Source: Candidatus Shapirobacteria bacterium
Lineage (GTDB): Bacteria > Patescibacteriota > Microgenomatia > UBA12405
DNA: 64,000 nt
Assembly (NCBI GenBank): GCA_028704635.1
Contig: JAQWFB010000002.1
Location: 128,693-192,692, forward strand
Direction of reading: 5' to 3'
Below, in pieces: positions 20,903-30,000 of this stretch (positions are counted from its first letter, which is position 1; every line of letters begins with the position of its first letter). Below the pieces are notes generated by a model. That model was not told where the DNA came from. It ran no database searches and saw nothing but the letters and a program-made list of their open reading frames with translations. The position numbers and the translations under genes were made by a program.

Positions 20903-22383
20903 TGAAACGACTTTTAATCGTTTTATTATTTTTCTTATTTTTATTCCCCTCCTTGTCAAGGGAGGGGTCAGGGGTGGGTTTTGTTTATGCCCAATCAACT
21001 ACTATCACTGAAAATCAAACTACTACAACCACTACCCCTCCAGAAGAAAGTTTATTGACTAAATTTTGGAGTTGGATTTCCAAAGTTTTTATTAAAACTG
21101 ATTACACCATCGCCCAACGACCATCCGATGAAATTAATTCTGACATGACCGACTATGATACTGCATCCGACAACCGTAAACACTCTTCCTCTGGTACTCG
21201 TCTTACTGACTCTTCCAGTCAAACTTGTTACAAAGGCAATGTTATCAAAAAAGTTATTTTAGGTGAATACCAAGATTCCGACATTTCTCACATTTGTCCC
21301 GATCCATCAGACTCAAACAAATGTATTGTTTCGTCCGATTCAACTTGTAAACTAATAAAAATTAGTGATCTCGCTCATTATTTTGTTCAAACTCAAAAAC
21401 AATTTTATTGCGCAGGAAATAAATTAACTAATACTGAAAGTAATGTTATCGATAAAGTTAATGAAAAATATTCCAATTCCATTTCCTCTAATGACTTAGA
21501 TTGCTACCAAACTATTTACAACGATTTTTATTTAGTTCCCAAAGAAAGTGTTGAAAATGAAGAAAATTCCAAAAACATAGTTCAAACTCCTATTTCTGCC
21601 GGTGATCAAAAATCAGGTTCCATTAGTGATACTAAAGATCAGCTTAATAAAAATTTTGTTCCCGCTAATCAAAGCTGGGATGGTTTAAGTAGTCTTCGTC
21701 CCCAAAGTTGGGGTAAAGGTTCATCGGGAATTAGTTGGGGTACTAGTGGTGAATTTAACGGTGGTGGTACCAGTTCTGGTACCTGTAATGCCATTGATAG
21801 CCACTGTCGAGGCATGAGCCTTTACGGTGCTCTCGGTCTTTCTCAATCAGGTAAAAATTACGAAGAAATTCTTAATTTTTTTTATGGCAGTATCTCTCTA
21901 AAAACTATTAATACTTCCAATACTAATATTTCTGTTAAAACCGACAGTAACGACGATTGCTCTAGTTATCAACCATTAAATCTTGAAACTTACCTTAGTG
22001 GTCTTGGAGAAATGTCTGATTATTGGGGTGATCCTAGCACCAACGGCTATGAGAGCATGAAAGCTTTAGTAGTTGCTGCCCGTACCTATGCTTATGTTGC
22101 CACCCAAAATTTCACCCAACCAATCTGTAGTAATTCCAATTGTCAAAATTTTCATTGCAGTGTTATCAAAACTAAACCTAATTTAGATCGAGCCATCAAA
22201 GAAACTCAAGGTCAAATTATTGTCGATAGCACTAATCAAACCCCATTTTTAACCGAATACGCTCGTTCATTTTGTGGTCCATCTAAAACTGTTGTTTTTT
22301 CCAACCACACCAATACTTCAGTCAATGGTTATGAATATGAACTCAAAGCTCTCAGCGGCGACTCCCCATTCTGCCTCAATTAA
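20902..22383 (+). CDS. Secreted Cys-rich protein with a C-terminal permuted SpoIID/LytB-like lytic transglycosylase domain
   Basis: Signal peptide. HCRGMSLYGA..G..YEEIL.FFY precedes YLSGLGEM...ESMKALVVAARTYA...CQNF...T.GQII. Confidence 0.7.
   Translation: MKRLLIVLLFFLFLFPSLSREGSGVGFVYAQSTTITENQTTTTTTPPEESLLTKFWSWISKVFIKTDYTIAQRPSDEINSDMTDYDTASDNRKHSSSGTRLTDSSSQTCYKGNVIKKVILGEYQDSDISHICPDPSDSNKCIVSSDSTCKLIKISDLAHYFVQTQKQFYCAGNKLTNTESNVIDKVNEKYSNSISSNDLDCYQTIYNDFYLVPKESVENEENSKNIVQTPISAGDQKSGSISDTKDQLNKNFVPANQSWDGLSSLRPQSWGKGSSGISWGTSGEFNGGGTSSGTCNAIDSHCRGMSLYGALGLSQSGKNYEEILNFFYGSISLKTINTSNTNISVKTDSNDDCSSYQPLNLETYLSGLGEMSDYWGDPSTNGYESMKALVVAARTYAYVATQNFTQPICSNSNCQNFHCSVIKTKPNLDRAIKETQGQIIVDSTNQTPFLTEYARSFCGPSKTVVFSNHTNTSVNGYEYELKALSGDSPFCLN
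20945..20980 (+). repeat. Family A element in-frame in a signal peptide
   Basis: cccctccttgtcaagggaggggtcaggggtggg, encodes PSLSREGSGVG. Confidence 0.8.
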
Positions 22384-22446
22384 ACAAATTTCAACAATCT
22401 CTACCCTGCTAGTTGGTAAATATTTTTTATGCTAAAATTATCCATA

Positions 22447-23997
22447 ATGTCCATCTCAAATATCTTACAGAAACTCAACTCCCGCGACACTCGATTAATT
22501 CCCCAACTTCCCAAATTAAATAAAAAAATTAAATTTGCCTCAATTTTAATTGCCTTTGTTTTTTTAGGTTTTCTTAGCCATCAAATATTAGCTGTCACCA
22601 ATATTAATATCAATAATTCTTCAGCCATTGAAAAATTCAAAAATAAGCAAACTGCCATTGATAAAGGAAACAATCAAGAATCTTGGATGAACGAATCTAT
22701 AATGAGTAACGCTATGTCTCTTAATCAAGCCATTGCTGGCACTATTCCTGATAGTGTTCTCAACAGTACCACCACTTCTTGGGTTCCCGGTGGCATGATT
22801 GGTGTTGCCAACCAATCAATTGCTTATCTCTATAATCCCCCCGCTTCTGGAGTTCAATATATTGCTCAATCAGTCGATAATTTTCTCGGCAAACCAGCCT
22901 ATGCTGCTACCGGTTATGAAGGTTTAAAAGGTATCCAAAATATTTGGAAATCATTTAGAAATGCAGTTTATGTTCTCTTTTCAATAATTTTCATTGGCAT
23001 TGGTATTGCCATCATGCTTCGTGTCAAAATCAGTCAACAAGCCGTTATTTCCATTCAATCCGCCATTCCCTCATTAATCACCAGTCTTATTTTAGTTACC
23101 TTCTCCTACGCCATTGCCGGTCTTTTGATTGATTTAAGCTATGTTTTTCAAGGCTTAGTTTTAGCTATACTTTTTAATTCAAAAGGTGGTCTCAGTTCAA
23201 CTCTTTTTTCTGGTGGCTTAGTTAACCCATCTTTTTCTACCCTAATGAATACCGGCTTCTGGGAATTTTTCTTTTTGTCTACAAAAGCAGTTCCTGTAAC
23301 AGCCATAACCTTACTAGCTGGTATCCCTAGTGGAATAATTACCGGTCTTATTGCTGGTTTTAGTTTTGGATTAGCCACACCTATTGCTGTTGCTGTAGGA
23401 GCAGGTACTTTTATTCTCATATTTTTAATGATTATCATAATGATTTTGATTTATGTTATAAAATTTTTCTTCGGTATGATCAAATGTTTTATTAGTCTAA
23501 TTCTTAAAATAATTCTCGCTCCAATCGAAATCGGTATGGGTGCTGTCCCTAATAGTAAAATGAACTTTTCCAGTTGGATTTGGCAAATCATTGCCAATTT
23601 AGCTGTTTTTCCAATTTCTCTTATTTTTTTGGTTTTAGTCAATATGATTATCGATAGTGTTAATACTAATAATCTTTGGGCTCCACCAATGCTTGGTGGT
23701 AGTTGGTTATTATGTCCCGCAATTGGTATCGGCGCTTTAATGATGCTTTCCAAACTCCCATCCATGATCCCTGAATTTATTTTCCAAATCAAACCATCTC
23801 CATTTGGTAAAGCTATTGGCGAAGGCTTTAAGCCTTATAGTTCTGCTACTAAATTCGGCGGCCGTATGGCCGCTGAAGCCGGCGCTGGTCAAATCAGAGA
23901 ATATGAAAAAAATGCCCCTGATAAGGGATGGGTCAAAGCTGGTGGTTACTTAACTAGGGCCGCAGAAATGACAGGTATAATTAAAGAAAGAAAATAA
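22447..23997 (+). CDS. Polytopic membrane protein, VirB6-like (putative T4SS component)
   Basis: W..FRN..Y..F motif, LILVTFSYAIAGLLIDL, ILAPI..G..P, many TMs. Follows the pilin array. Confidence 0.6.
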   Translation: MSISNILQKLNSRDTRLIPQLPKLNKKIKFASILIAFVFLGFLSHQILAVTNININNSSAIEKFKNKQTAIDKGNNQESWMNESIMSNAMSLNQAIAGTIPDSVLNSTTTSWVPGGMIGVANQSIAYLYNPPASGVQYIAQSVDNFLGKPAYAATGYEGLKGIQNIWKSFRNAVYVLFSIIFIGIGIAIMLRVKISQQAVISIQSAIPSLITSLILVTFSYAIAGLLIDLSYVFQGLVLAILFNSKGGLSSTLFSGGLVNPSFSTLMNTGFWEFFFLSTKAVPVTAITLLAGIPSGIITGLIAGFSFGLATPIAVAVGAGTFILIFLMIIIMILIYVIKFFFGMIKCFISLILKIILAPIEIGMGAVPNSKMNFSSWIWQIIANLAVFPISLIFLVLVNMIIDSVNTNNLWAPPMLGGSWLLCPAIGIGALMMLSKLPSMIPEFIFQIKPSPFGKAIGEGFKPYSSATKFGGRMAAEAGAGQIREYEKNAPDKGWVKAGGYLTRAAEMTGIIKERK

Positions 23998-24062
23998 TAA
24001 TTAATCCCTTGTTTTTAATATATCAATATTCTGCTTCAGTTTAATTAATTCGGATCTGTAAA

Positions 24063-26312
24063 TTAATTAAAGGCTCTTTTGTTCAATTGTCTATACAACT
24101 TCTCTGTTTTTCTTATATCTCTTTCCCTTTGAGCATCATTTACTATTGTTAATCTAAAACCTCTTGGATCTTCATTTCCTTTAACATTAACACCCATATA
24201 ACGCATTACACTATTTATATCCACATCTGCATTACTTATATTTAAGTCTTGCACTAACAATTTGTATAAAAATAAATTATAACCACTTTTTGATACCTCT
24301 TTTGGTGTTTTTACATAAATATAATCCGAGGACAAACGTGTTGTATCCGCTCCAAATGAGCCTAGTATCATATTTGCCCAATAATCTGGACTAGTTGTAT
24401 ATTTATAAGTGGGTTTCCCATTTATTCTTATCCCTCTCACCATACCAACCTTATCTTTAATATCGTGGACCCAACCTTCCACACTTTTAACCTCCTTCTT
24501 TCCCATCATACAATTGTATGACAAAGCTGCTGTCTCTATTTGATCCCTAAATAAATTCAAAAAATCAACTTGGTTTGTTCCAAAACTAAAATCACCATTT
24601 TCATTCCTATTAATTAATTTTCCTTCATCATCAAACCTTGCATAATTCATCAATAAAGTTGATACTGTTACATCTTCTTCTTTGGTAAACTTTTCACCAT
24701 TTGGTTTACACAAATCTCTTGTTCCATAAGTAAAATCAAAAAATCCATAGCACATTTTATTATCAAAAATTTTCATTTCCCCATCTGTAATCTTTTCTCT
24801 CAATGTCTTTTTTCCATCAATTGGCTTTCCCAATTCTTTTTCCACCCTCATCACTGTTAATGCATAATCCGCCAACGATCCACCAAAATATTCCGCTTCA
24901 AAAATATCCTTTTCTTCTTTAAAAACCTTCCATTTGCTTTTGGCTTTATATTCTGGGTTTAAAGTCCTCATTCCATCATTAATAATCCCTCCATATGTTG
25001 GCATCACTCTCGTTCTATCAGCTAAACTCGAATCACCAAACATATAAAACAAATTCCACGCCGTATATGCATTCATTTTATCCATATAATTAGCCTCTTT
25101 TCTTCCATTTTGTTTTGCCAAAAAATCAGCCATTTCCTCTTTATAATCTCTTATTCCTTCTAATTTATTTTCCACACTTGCCTTGATTCCTTGATGTCCC
25201 TTTTTATTTATCCCCTCCTTATATCTCAAACTCATTCTCCCATTTTTATCCTCATAAAGTTCACATAAATCATTCAACATTTTACTCGATACCAATTTAA
25301 AATCTTCATTAAATAATTTCGTGAATTTTTCGTTATCAAATGCAAACCACATCCTATTACCCTGAATTTTATCCAAATCTTTACCCGCATAACTCATACT
25401 AGCCGCCCCATCGTTAACCATCACCATATATTCAATCCTAGATTGTATTTCTTCAGTAGATTCTTTAACGCTCCCATCCTTGTTTAATATTGGTTTTATC
25501 TTTTTAAACCACTCCGGAGGCGTATATGATTGCCATCTCATACTAGAATCCATAAATTTCATCGCCATTGCCGCATTTTCTGGAGATATTTCCCATCTCG
25601 CCCCACCTCTAGTTTCCTGCGTTTCTGGATCGATAACTATTGGTTCATAATCTACTTCATCGTCTATATCTACCTTTCTTCTTACACTTGGATCCACCTC
25701 TCTTACTAATCCACTATCTAAACATCCCACCACTGCTCCTATTTTTAATCCGTCTTTCGAATCTGGATCAATTTCATCAAATTTATCACATAAAATTTCA
25801 ATTACTCTTTTAGTTTCTATTCCTCGTTTTTCAGCAAAAGCTTTTGGTGCTAAAATTGCCCTTCTGTTAATTTTTTCTAAATCAATTAAATTGGCTACAA
25901 TCTCTTTTCCCACTTTATCACCATCTCCTGATACCAATAAATTTTCCGCCACATACTTCTCTATTCCTACCAAATTAGATGGTAAGTTTTCGCCCAATTT
26001 ACCTTGTAATAATAAATCATTTGCCTTTCCATTTTCTGTTAAACACATTGCTGAACCTAAAAGATTCAAAGCCTCTTCTGCATTTTTTCTTTGGATGTCA
26101 GTTTTACCTGTTAAATCTTTAGTAGTATTTATCATTTCCTCTACACTTTGGTAATTAGCAGCAAAACTTCCCCCTAAAATTTCTCTTGCTTTTTCAGCAG
26201 ACTCTTGAGAAGAATCACCTAAAACCTTATTTCTCTCAATTGTTCTCGACAAATTCACCGCCTTCAACACTTTTTCTGTAGATATATTTATTTCTGGTCC
26301 TCTTTCACTCAT
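24063..26312 (-). CDS. Large soluble hypothetical protein (about 750 aa)
   Basis: Long ORF with TATAAT just upstream of the ATG. No recognised motif. Confidence 0.75.
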   Translation of the reverse strand: MSERGPEINISTEKVLKAVNLSRTIERNKVLGDSSQESAEKAREILGGSFAANYQSVEEMINTTKDLTGKTDIQRKNAEEALNLLGSAMCLTENGKANDLLLQGKLGENLPSNLVGIEKYVAENLLVSGDGDKVGKEIVANLIDLEKINRRAILAPKAFAEKRGIETKRVIEILCDKFDEIDPDSKDGLKIGAVVGCLDSGLVREVDPSVRRKVDIDDEVDYEPIVIDPETQETRGGARWEISPENAAMAMKFMDSSMRWQSYTPPEWFKKIKPILNKDGSVKESTEEIQSRIEYMVMVNDGAASMSYAGKDLDKIQGNRMWFAFDNEKFTKLFNEDFKLVSSKMLNDLCELYEDKNGRMSLRYKEGINKKGHQGIKASVENKLEGIRDYKEEMADFLAKQNGRKEANYMDKMNAYTAWNLFYMFGDSSLADRTRVMPTYGGIINDGMRTLNPEYKAKSKWKVFKEEKDIFEAEYFGGSLADYALTVMRVEKELGKPIDGKKTLREKITDGEMKIFDNKMCYGFFDFTYGTRDLCKPNGEKFTKEEDVTVSTLLMNYARFDDEGKLINRNENGDFSFGTNQVDFLNLFRDQIETAALSYNCMMGKKEVKSVEGWVHDIKDKVGMVRGIRINGKPTYKYTTSPDYWANMILGSFGADTTRLSSDYIYVKTPKEVSKSGYNLFLYKLLVQDLNISNADVDINSVMRYMGVNVKGNEDPRGFRLTIVNDAQRERDIRKTEKLYRQLNKRAFN

Positions 26313-26418
26313 ATGCCCCAATTATACCAAATCCGATCCCTCTTTGACTATCACTCCCTTTTCAAGGGAGGGAAATCCCGCATCTGCGGGATGGGTGGGT
26401 TTTATAGTACAATTATTT

Positions 26419-28110
26419 ATGCCTTCGCTTCTACCCTCTTCCAATATTTCTTCCATCGAAAATCACGTTCGTTCCTATCGTTCGGCGCTTCAATCCAATC
26501 TCGAAATCACCATCAATTCTCTTTCGAATTCTCACCTTAAAATGCATTCTCTTCTCCACCCCCTCGGTCACACCAAAGAAGTCGATTTTTCCGCACTCAC
26601 TTATTCACTTGACCGTCTCCCTCGAATCAGTCACGAAGTCGAAAAAATTATCATCGGTCAAAGTCCCGAGGTTTTTGAAGAATCAGGTTACAAAAATATC
26701 ACCAAATGGAAAGAGGTTAAATCTAAAAATCGTCGCCGAATTGCCTATCTTAATTCTCAAAAAAAAACATTAGCTTTTTTTATTGCTTCCGTCTCTGATA
26801 TTGATGACCTTGTTAATATTCTTATTACCCTTCAAATCGAATGGAATAAATTAAATCAACTTCTTCGCAAAAATTATTCACTTTTCTCCCTTCTTCAAAA
26901 AGATCTTGAATCTCAAGAATTTTTCCAAAAATTAAAAGTTGACCCCAAAAAATGGCAACTATTCACTTCCTCTCTTGGCTCGAATTGGCGTTCTAAAATT
27001 AAAAAAATCTATAAATCTCCTATCAATCTTAGAGTTCAACTTCTTGCCGCCTCTTGGCTCAACTACACTAAATCAACTCAAAAGTGGTGGCGAAATATCT
27101 CCACCAACGTTTCTCCTGTTTTTCACCACATGTCTCATCAAGAGATTTATTTTGTTTCCAGTAATACTCACAGTTTAATGAATATTTTTACTGGTTTTCC
27201 TTTAGCTCACCAGTTTGAAATTATTTCTGACCTAAAAGCTAATCACCCTTCCCTTTATCAAATTTGGGAACAAATCAAATCCAAAAATTCACTTCTATCC
27301 CCCACCGATTTTATTTATTTTACTTCTAAACATTTCCTCTCCCGCCCAGAAGTCAAGAAAGATTATCAAGCCTTTCAAAAAAAACTCGGTATTTTTAACA
27401 TTCCCAACCCTAATTATCTCGACATCACTTCCCAAATTTTTCCCATAAAAAACTTAATTAAATCAAAATATCTCGACCCACGAATCAAAATCAAAAAACC
27501 TCTCTCTCTCGAAAAATCAAACGCTCTAATTATAAATATTGATTATCCTCTTGGTTTTGCCGCTTATCATATCCTCAGTGAAATCATGGAAAATGTTAAA
27601 AATATCAAAGGAGTTTATATTCTCGGTAAAGCCGCCGCCCTCAATAGTGAAGTCGGCGATCTCATCACCCCTCGTTTAGTTTTTGACGAACACACCCAAA
27701 ATTCCTACCTCTTCAAAAATTGTTTTAATAATTTTTTTCCTTTTGTTAATAATCAAGGTTCAATTTTAACCAATCAAAAGGCTGTTTCTGTTTTTGGCAC
27801 CTTTCTTGAAAATAAAGCTCTCTTAAATTTTTATTTCAAAAATAACATCACTATTATTGAAATGGAATCTGGTCCTTATTTAAGTGCTGTCACTGAGAGT
27901 TGTTATGACCAACAAGCCCCAAAAAAATCTATTGTCGATCTTAACAACTGTCCTTTCGATCTCGGTATCATCAATTATGCCTCTGACACCCCTTATTCCA
28001 GTCTTCAAAATCTCGGCGACAGTCAATTAGGCATCACTGGTATCGAACCAGTCACTTTAGGTAGCTTAGCCATCTTACAACGAATAATAAATCTTGAAGA
28101 AGAAAAGTGA
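26419..28110 (+). CDS. Uncharacterised protein with a C-terminal nucleoside phosphorylase/AMP-nucleosidase-like fold (DUF6909-like)
   Basis: FVSSNTHS, NIDYPLG, LGKAA.LN...GD, IEMESGPY, YASDTP. The start was moved to ATG 26419 because the upstream in-frame part is a repeat element. Confidence 0.6.
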   Translation: MPSLLPSSNISSIENHVRSYRSALQSNLEITINSLSNSHLKMHSLLHPLGHTKEVDFSALTYSLDRLPRISHEVEKIIIGQSPEVFEESGYKNITKWKEVKSKNRRRIAYLNSQKKTLAFFIASVSDIDDLVNILITLQIEWNKLNQLLRKNYSLFSLLQKDLESQEFFQKLKVDPKKWQLFTSSLGSNWRSKIKKIYKSPINLRVQLLAASWLNYTKSTQKWWRNISTNVSPVFHHMSHQEIYFVSSNTHSLMNIFTGFPLAHQFEIISDLKANHPSLYQIWEQIKSKNSLLSPTDFIYFTSKHFLSRPEVKKDYQAFQKKLGIFNIPNPNYLDITSQIFPIKNLIKSKYLDPRIKIKKPLSLEKSNALIINIDYPLGFAAYHILSEIMENVKNIKGVYILGKAAALNSEVGDLITPRLVFDEHTQNSYLFKNCFNNFFPFVNNQGSILTNQKAVSVFGTFLENKALLNFYFKNNITIIEMESGPYLSAVTESCYDQQAPKKSIVDLNNCPFDLGIINYASDTPYSSLQNLGDSQLGITGIEPVTLGSLAILQRIINLEEEK

Positions 28111-28121
28111 TATTCTAAAAT

Positions 28122-28682
28122 ATGTCTAGTTTTATTATTGGCTTAATATTGATAATTTTTCTTTTAATAATTAAAAAATCTCAAGAACGTAATCGAACCA
28201 CCCCTGATGGTGCTCCTTGGGTCCCTCTGGAACCATTTGTTATTCAAAACATTATGGACATGTCCAAGATTAAAAAGGGAGATATCTTTTATGATTTAGG
28301 TTCAGGTGATGGTCGAGTTGTCATTGCTGCTACTCTTCGTGGCGCCAAAGCTTATGGAGTCGAAATAGACCCTTTTCGTGTTTTATACTCACGAATATGT
28401 ATCTTTTTATTTGGTTTGACTGGTAGAGCTAAAATAATTCAAGGAGATATCTTTAAAATCGATCTTTCAAACGCCGATGTTGTTACCACTTATCTTTTAC
28501 AAGAAACTAATGATAAATTGTTTCCCAAACTAGATAAAGAATTAAAAGAAGGGACTCGAATCGTCAGTTCCGCTTTCAATTATCCCAAATTAAAACCAAT
28601 CACTATCAATCCTAATGGCCCAATTTACGGGCCTCTATATCTATACCACTATTCTAAAACCAAAAACCGAACTAAATTTTAA
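28122..28682 (+). CDS. Membrane-anchored class I SAM-dependent methyltransferase
   Basis: APWVP, YDLGSGDGR, GVEID, ADVV..YL. Confidence 0.85.
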   Translation: MSSFIIGLILIIFLLIIKKSQERNRTTPDGAPWVPLEPFVIQNIMDMSKIKKGDIFYDLGSGDGRVVIAATLRGAKAYGVEIDPFRVLYSRICIFLFGLTGRAKIIQGDIFKIDLSNADVVTTYLLQETNDKLFPKLDKELKEGTRIVSSAFNYPKLKPITINPNGPIYGPLYLYHYSKTKNRTKF

Positions 28683-28733
28683 AATATTCAAAAAAAAGGG
28701 TATGTGATAAATTCCAAATGTTATAATCGTTCC

Positions 28734-29096
28734 ATGAACCAAAAAATTTTATCCCTTTCTCTCATTCTTTTTTCTACTATTTTATTAACCGGTTGTTCTG
28801 TTAAAAACTCATCTGTCACTTCAACTTCTCCCACTCCTACCACCATTTCTCAATCAACTAATAAAATTGGTTACCCCTGTCTTAAAGGTGAAACTGCTTT
28901 TAGCTCCCTTACTGTCAGTGGCAATAAGATGGAATTTCAGCAAAGTTCTCTCGGTAAAATTATCACTTCTATTAACGGTATTCCTCAAGGTGAGGGTAAA
29001 TATTGGCAATATTCCATCGATGATAAATATGCCGAAGTTGGCGCCGATGCTTATCAATGCCAAGGTGGTGAAATTATTACTTGGGAGTTAAAATAA
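28734..29096 (+). CDS. Lipoprotein with a DUF4430/transcobalamin-like domain
   Basis: Lipobox LTGC. G..ITSING....G.YW.Y.ID...A.VGAD.Y....G..I.W motif. Confidence 0.75.
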   Translation: MNQKILSLSLILFSTILLTGCSVKNSSVTSTSPTPTTISQSTNKIGYPCLKGETAFSSLTVSGNKMEFQQSSLGKIITSINGIPQGEGKYWQYSIDDKYAEVGADAYQCQGGEIITWELK

Positions 29097-29099
29097 GCT

Positions 29100-29630
29100 A
29101 TGAAAAATCTAAAACTAATTCCCTTATTCTTTTTAATTTTTGGCATCATGGCTCGGTTTTTACCTCATCCAGCCAATTTTGCCCCCATCACTGCCATCGC
29201 TCTTTTTGGCGCCAGATATTTACCCAAAAAATTTGCTTTTATCTTACCTATCAGTATTCTCTTAATCAGTGATTTATTTTTAGGTTTCTACGGCCCTGAA
29301 ATGTTCTTTGTCTACGGTAGTTTTATTTTGGCTGGTTTTATTGGCCTAGTCTCTCGTAATAAAAAATCATTATCTTTTATTCCTTTTACTAGTATTTCTT
29401 CCTCGATAATCTTCTTTTTAATTTCTAATTTTGGCGTCTGGCTAACTACTACTATGTATGCCAAAAATATTATCGGTCTAGAATCCTGTTTTATTGCTGC
29501 CATTCCTTTTTTCCGCAGCACTCTTTTAAGCGATCTTTTATACACCACTCTTTTTATTAGTGGTTACGAACTTTCCCTTATTTTAGGTAAAAAATTACTA
29601 TCTCGTCAACAATTTGCCTTGGCTTTTTAA
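29100..29630 (+). CDS. ECF-type S-component-like membrane protein (BtuM/DUF6580-like)
   Basis: RFLPHPANFAPITAIALFG, SDLFLG, FFLISNFGVW, C...AIPFF...L.SDL.Y. Confidence 0.75.
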   Translation: MKNLKLIPLFFLIFGIMARFLPHPANFAPITAIALFGARYLPKKFAFILPISILLISDLFLGFYGPEMFFVYGSFILAGFIGLVSRNKKSLSFIPFTSISSSIIFFLISNFGVWLTTTMYAKNIIGLESCFIAAIPFFRSTLLSDLLYTTLFISGYELSLILGKKLLSRQQFALAF

Positions 29631-29633
29631 ACC

Positions 29634-29912
29634 ATGCCTCAAAGTGACCGACAAATTTTATTAACCAAACTTGAACAAGCCAAAACCCAAATTGAGATTG
29701 GCACCAAATATCGACACACTAAAACCGGTAGCCAATATCTTGTTTTAAATTTAGTTATCCAAGAAGACACCGAAGAAATCCGAGTTATCTATCAAGAACT
29801 CAATCATCAACCTGCCATCATCTGGAGTCGATCATTCGACGGCCCAGACGGCTGGATCATCCCCACCGAAATCAATAGAGAAATGGTTCCCAGATTCACT
29901 AAAATAATTTAA
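29634..29912 (+). CDS. DUF1653 family protein
   Basis: G.KYRH.K.G..Y.V....E.TEE..VIYQ.L.....W.R. Confidence 0.7.
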   Translation: MPQSDRQILLTKLEQAKTQIEIGTKYRHTKTGSQYLVLNLVIQEDTEEIRVIYQELNHQPAIIWSRSFDGPDGWIIPTEINREMVPRFTKII

Positions 29913-29914
29913 AA

Positions 29915-29994
29915 GACGAGATTGTAATTTTCCGCGCGCAACATCCGAGGTGCAATGCCGAAGGGCGTGAGCACGGCAAAATTATAATCGAGTC
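29915..29994 (+). repeat. Family C about 80-nt structured repeat, copy 2
   Basis: See copy 1. Lies between the convergent DUF1653 and ftsH genes. Confidence 0.85.
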
Positions 29995-30000
29995 AAAAAA

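Noticed and set aside
26344-26418. N-terminal extension MTITPFSREGNPASAGWVG of the 588-aa ORF
   Set aside because: It is a translated family A repeat upstream of a -10 box. ATG 26419 is the better start.
28683-28733. Cobalamin riboswitch upstream of the putative B12 uptake genes
   Set aside because: The intergenic space is only about 50 nt, AT-rich, and lacks B12-box motifs.
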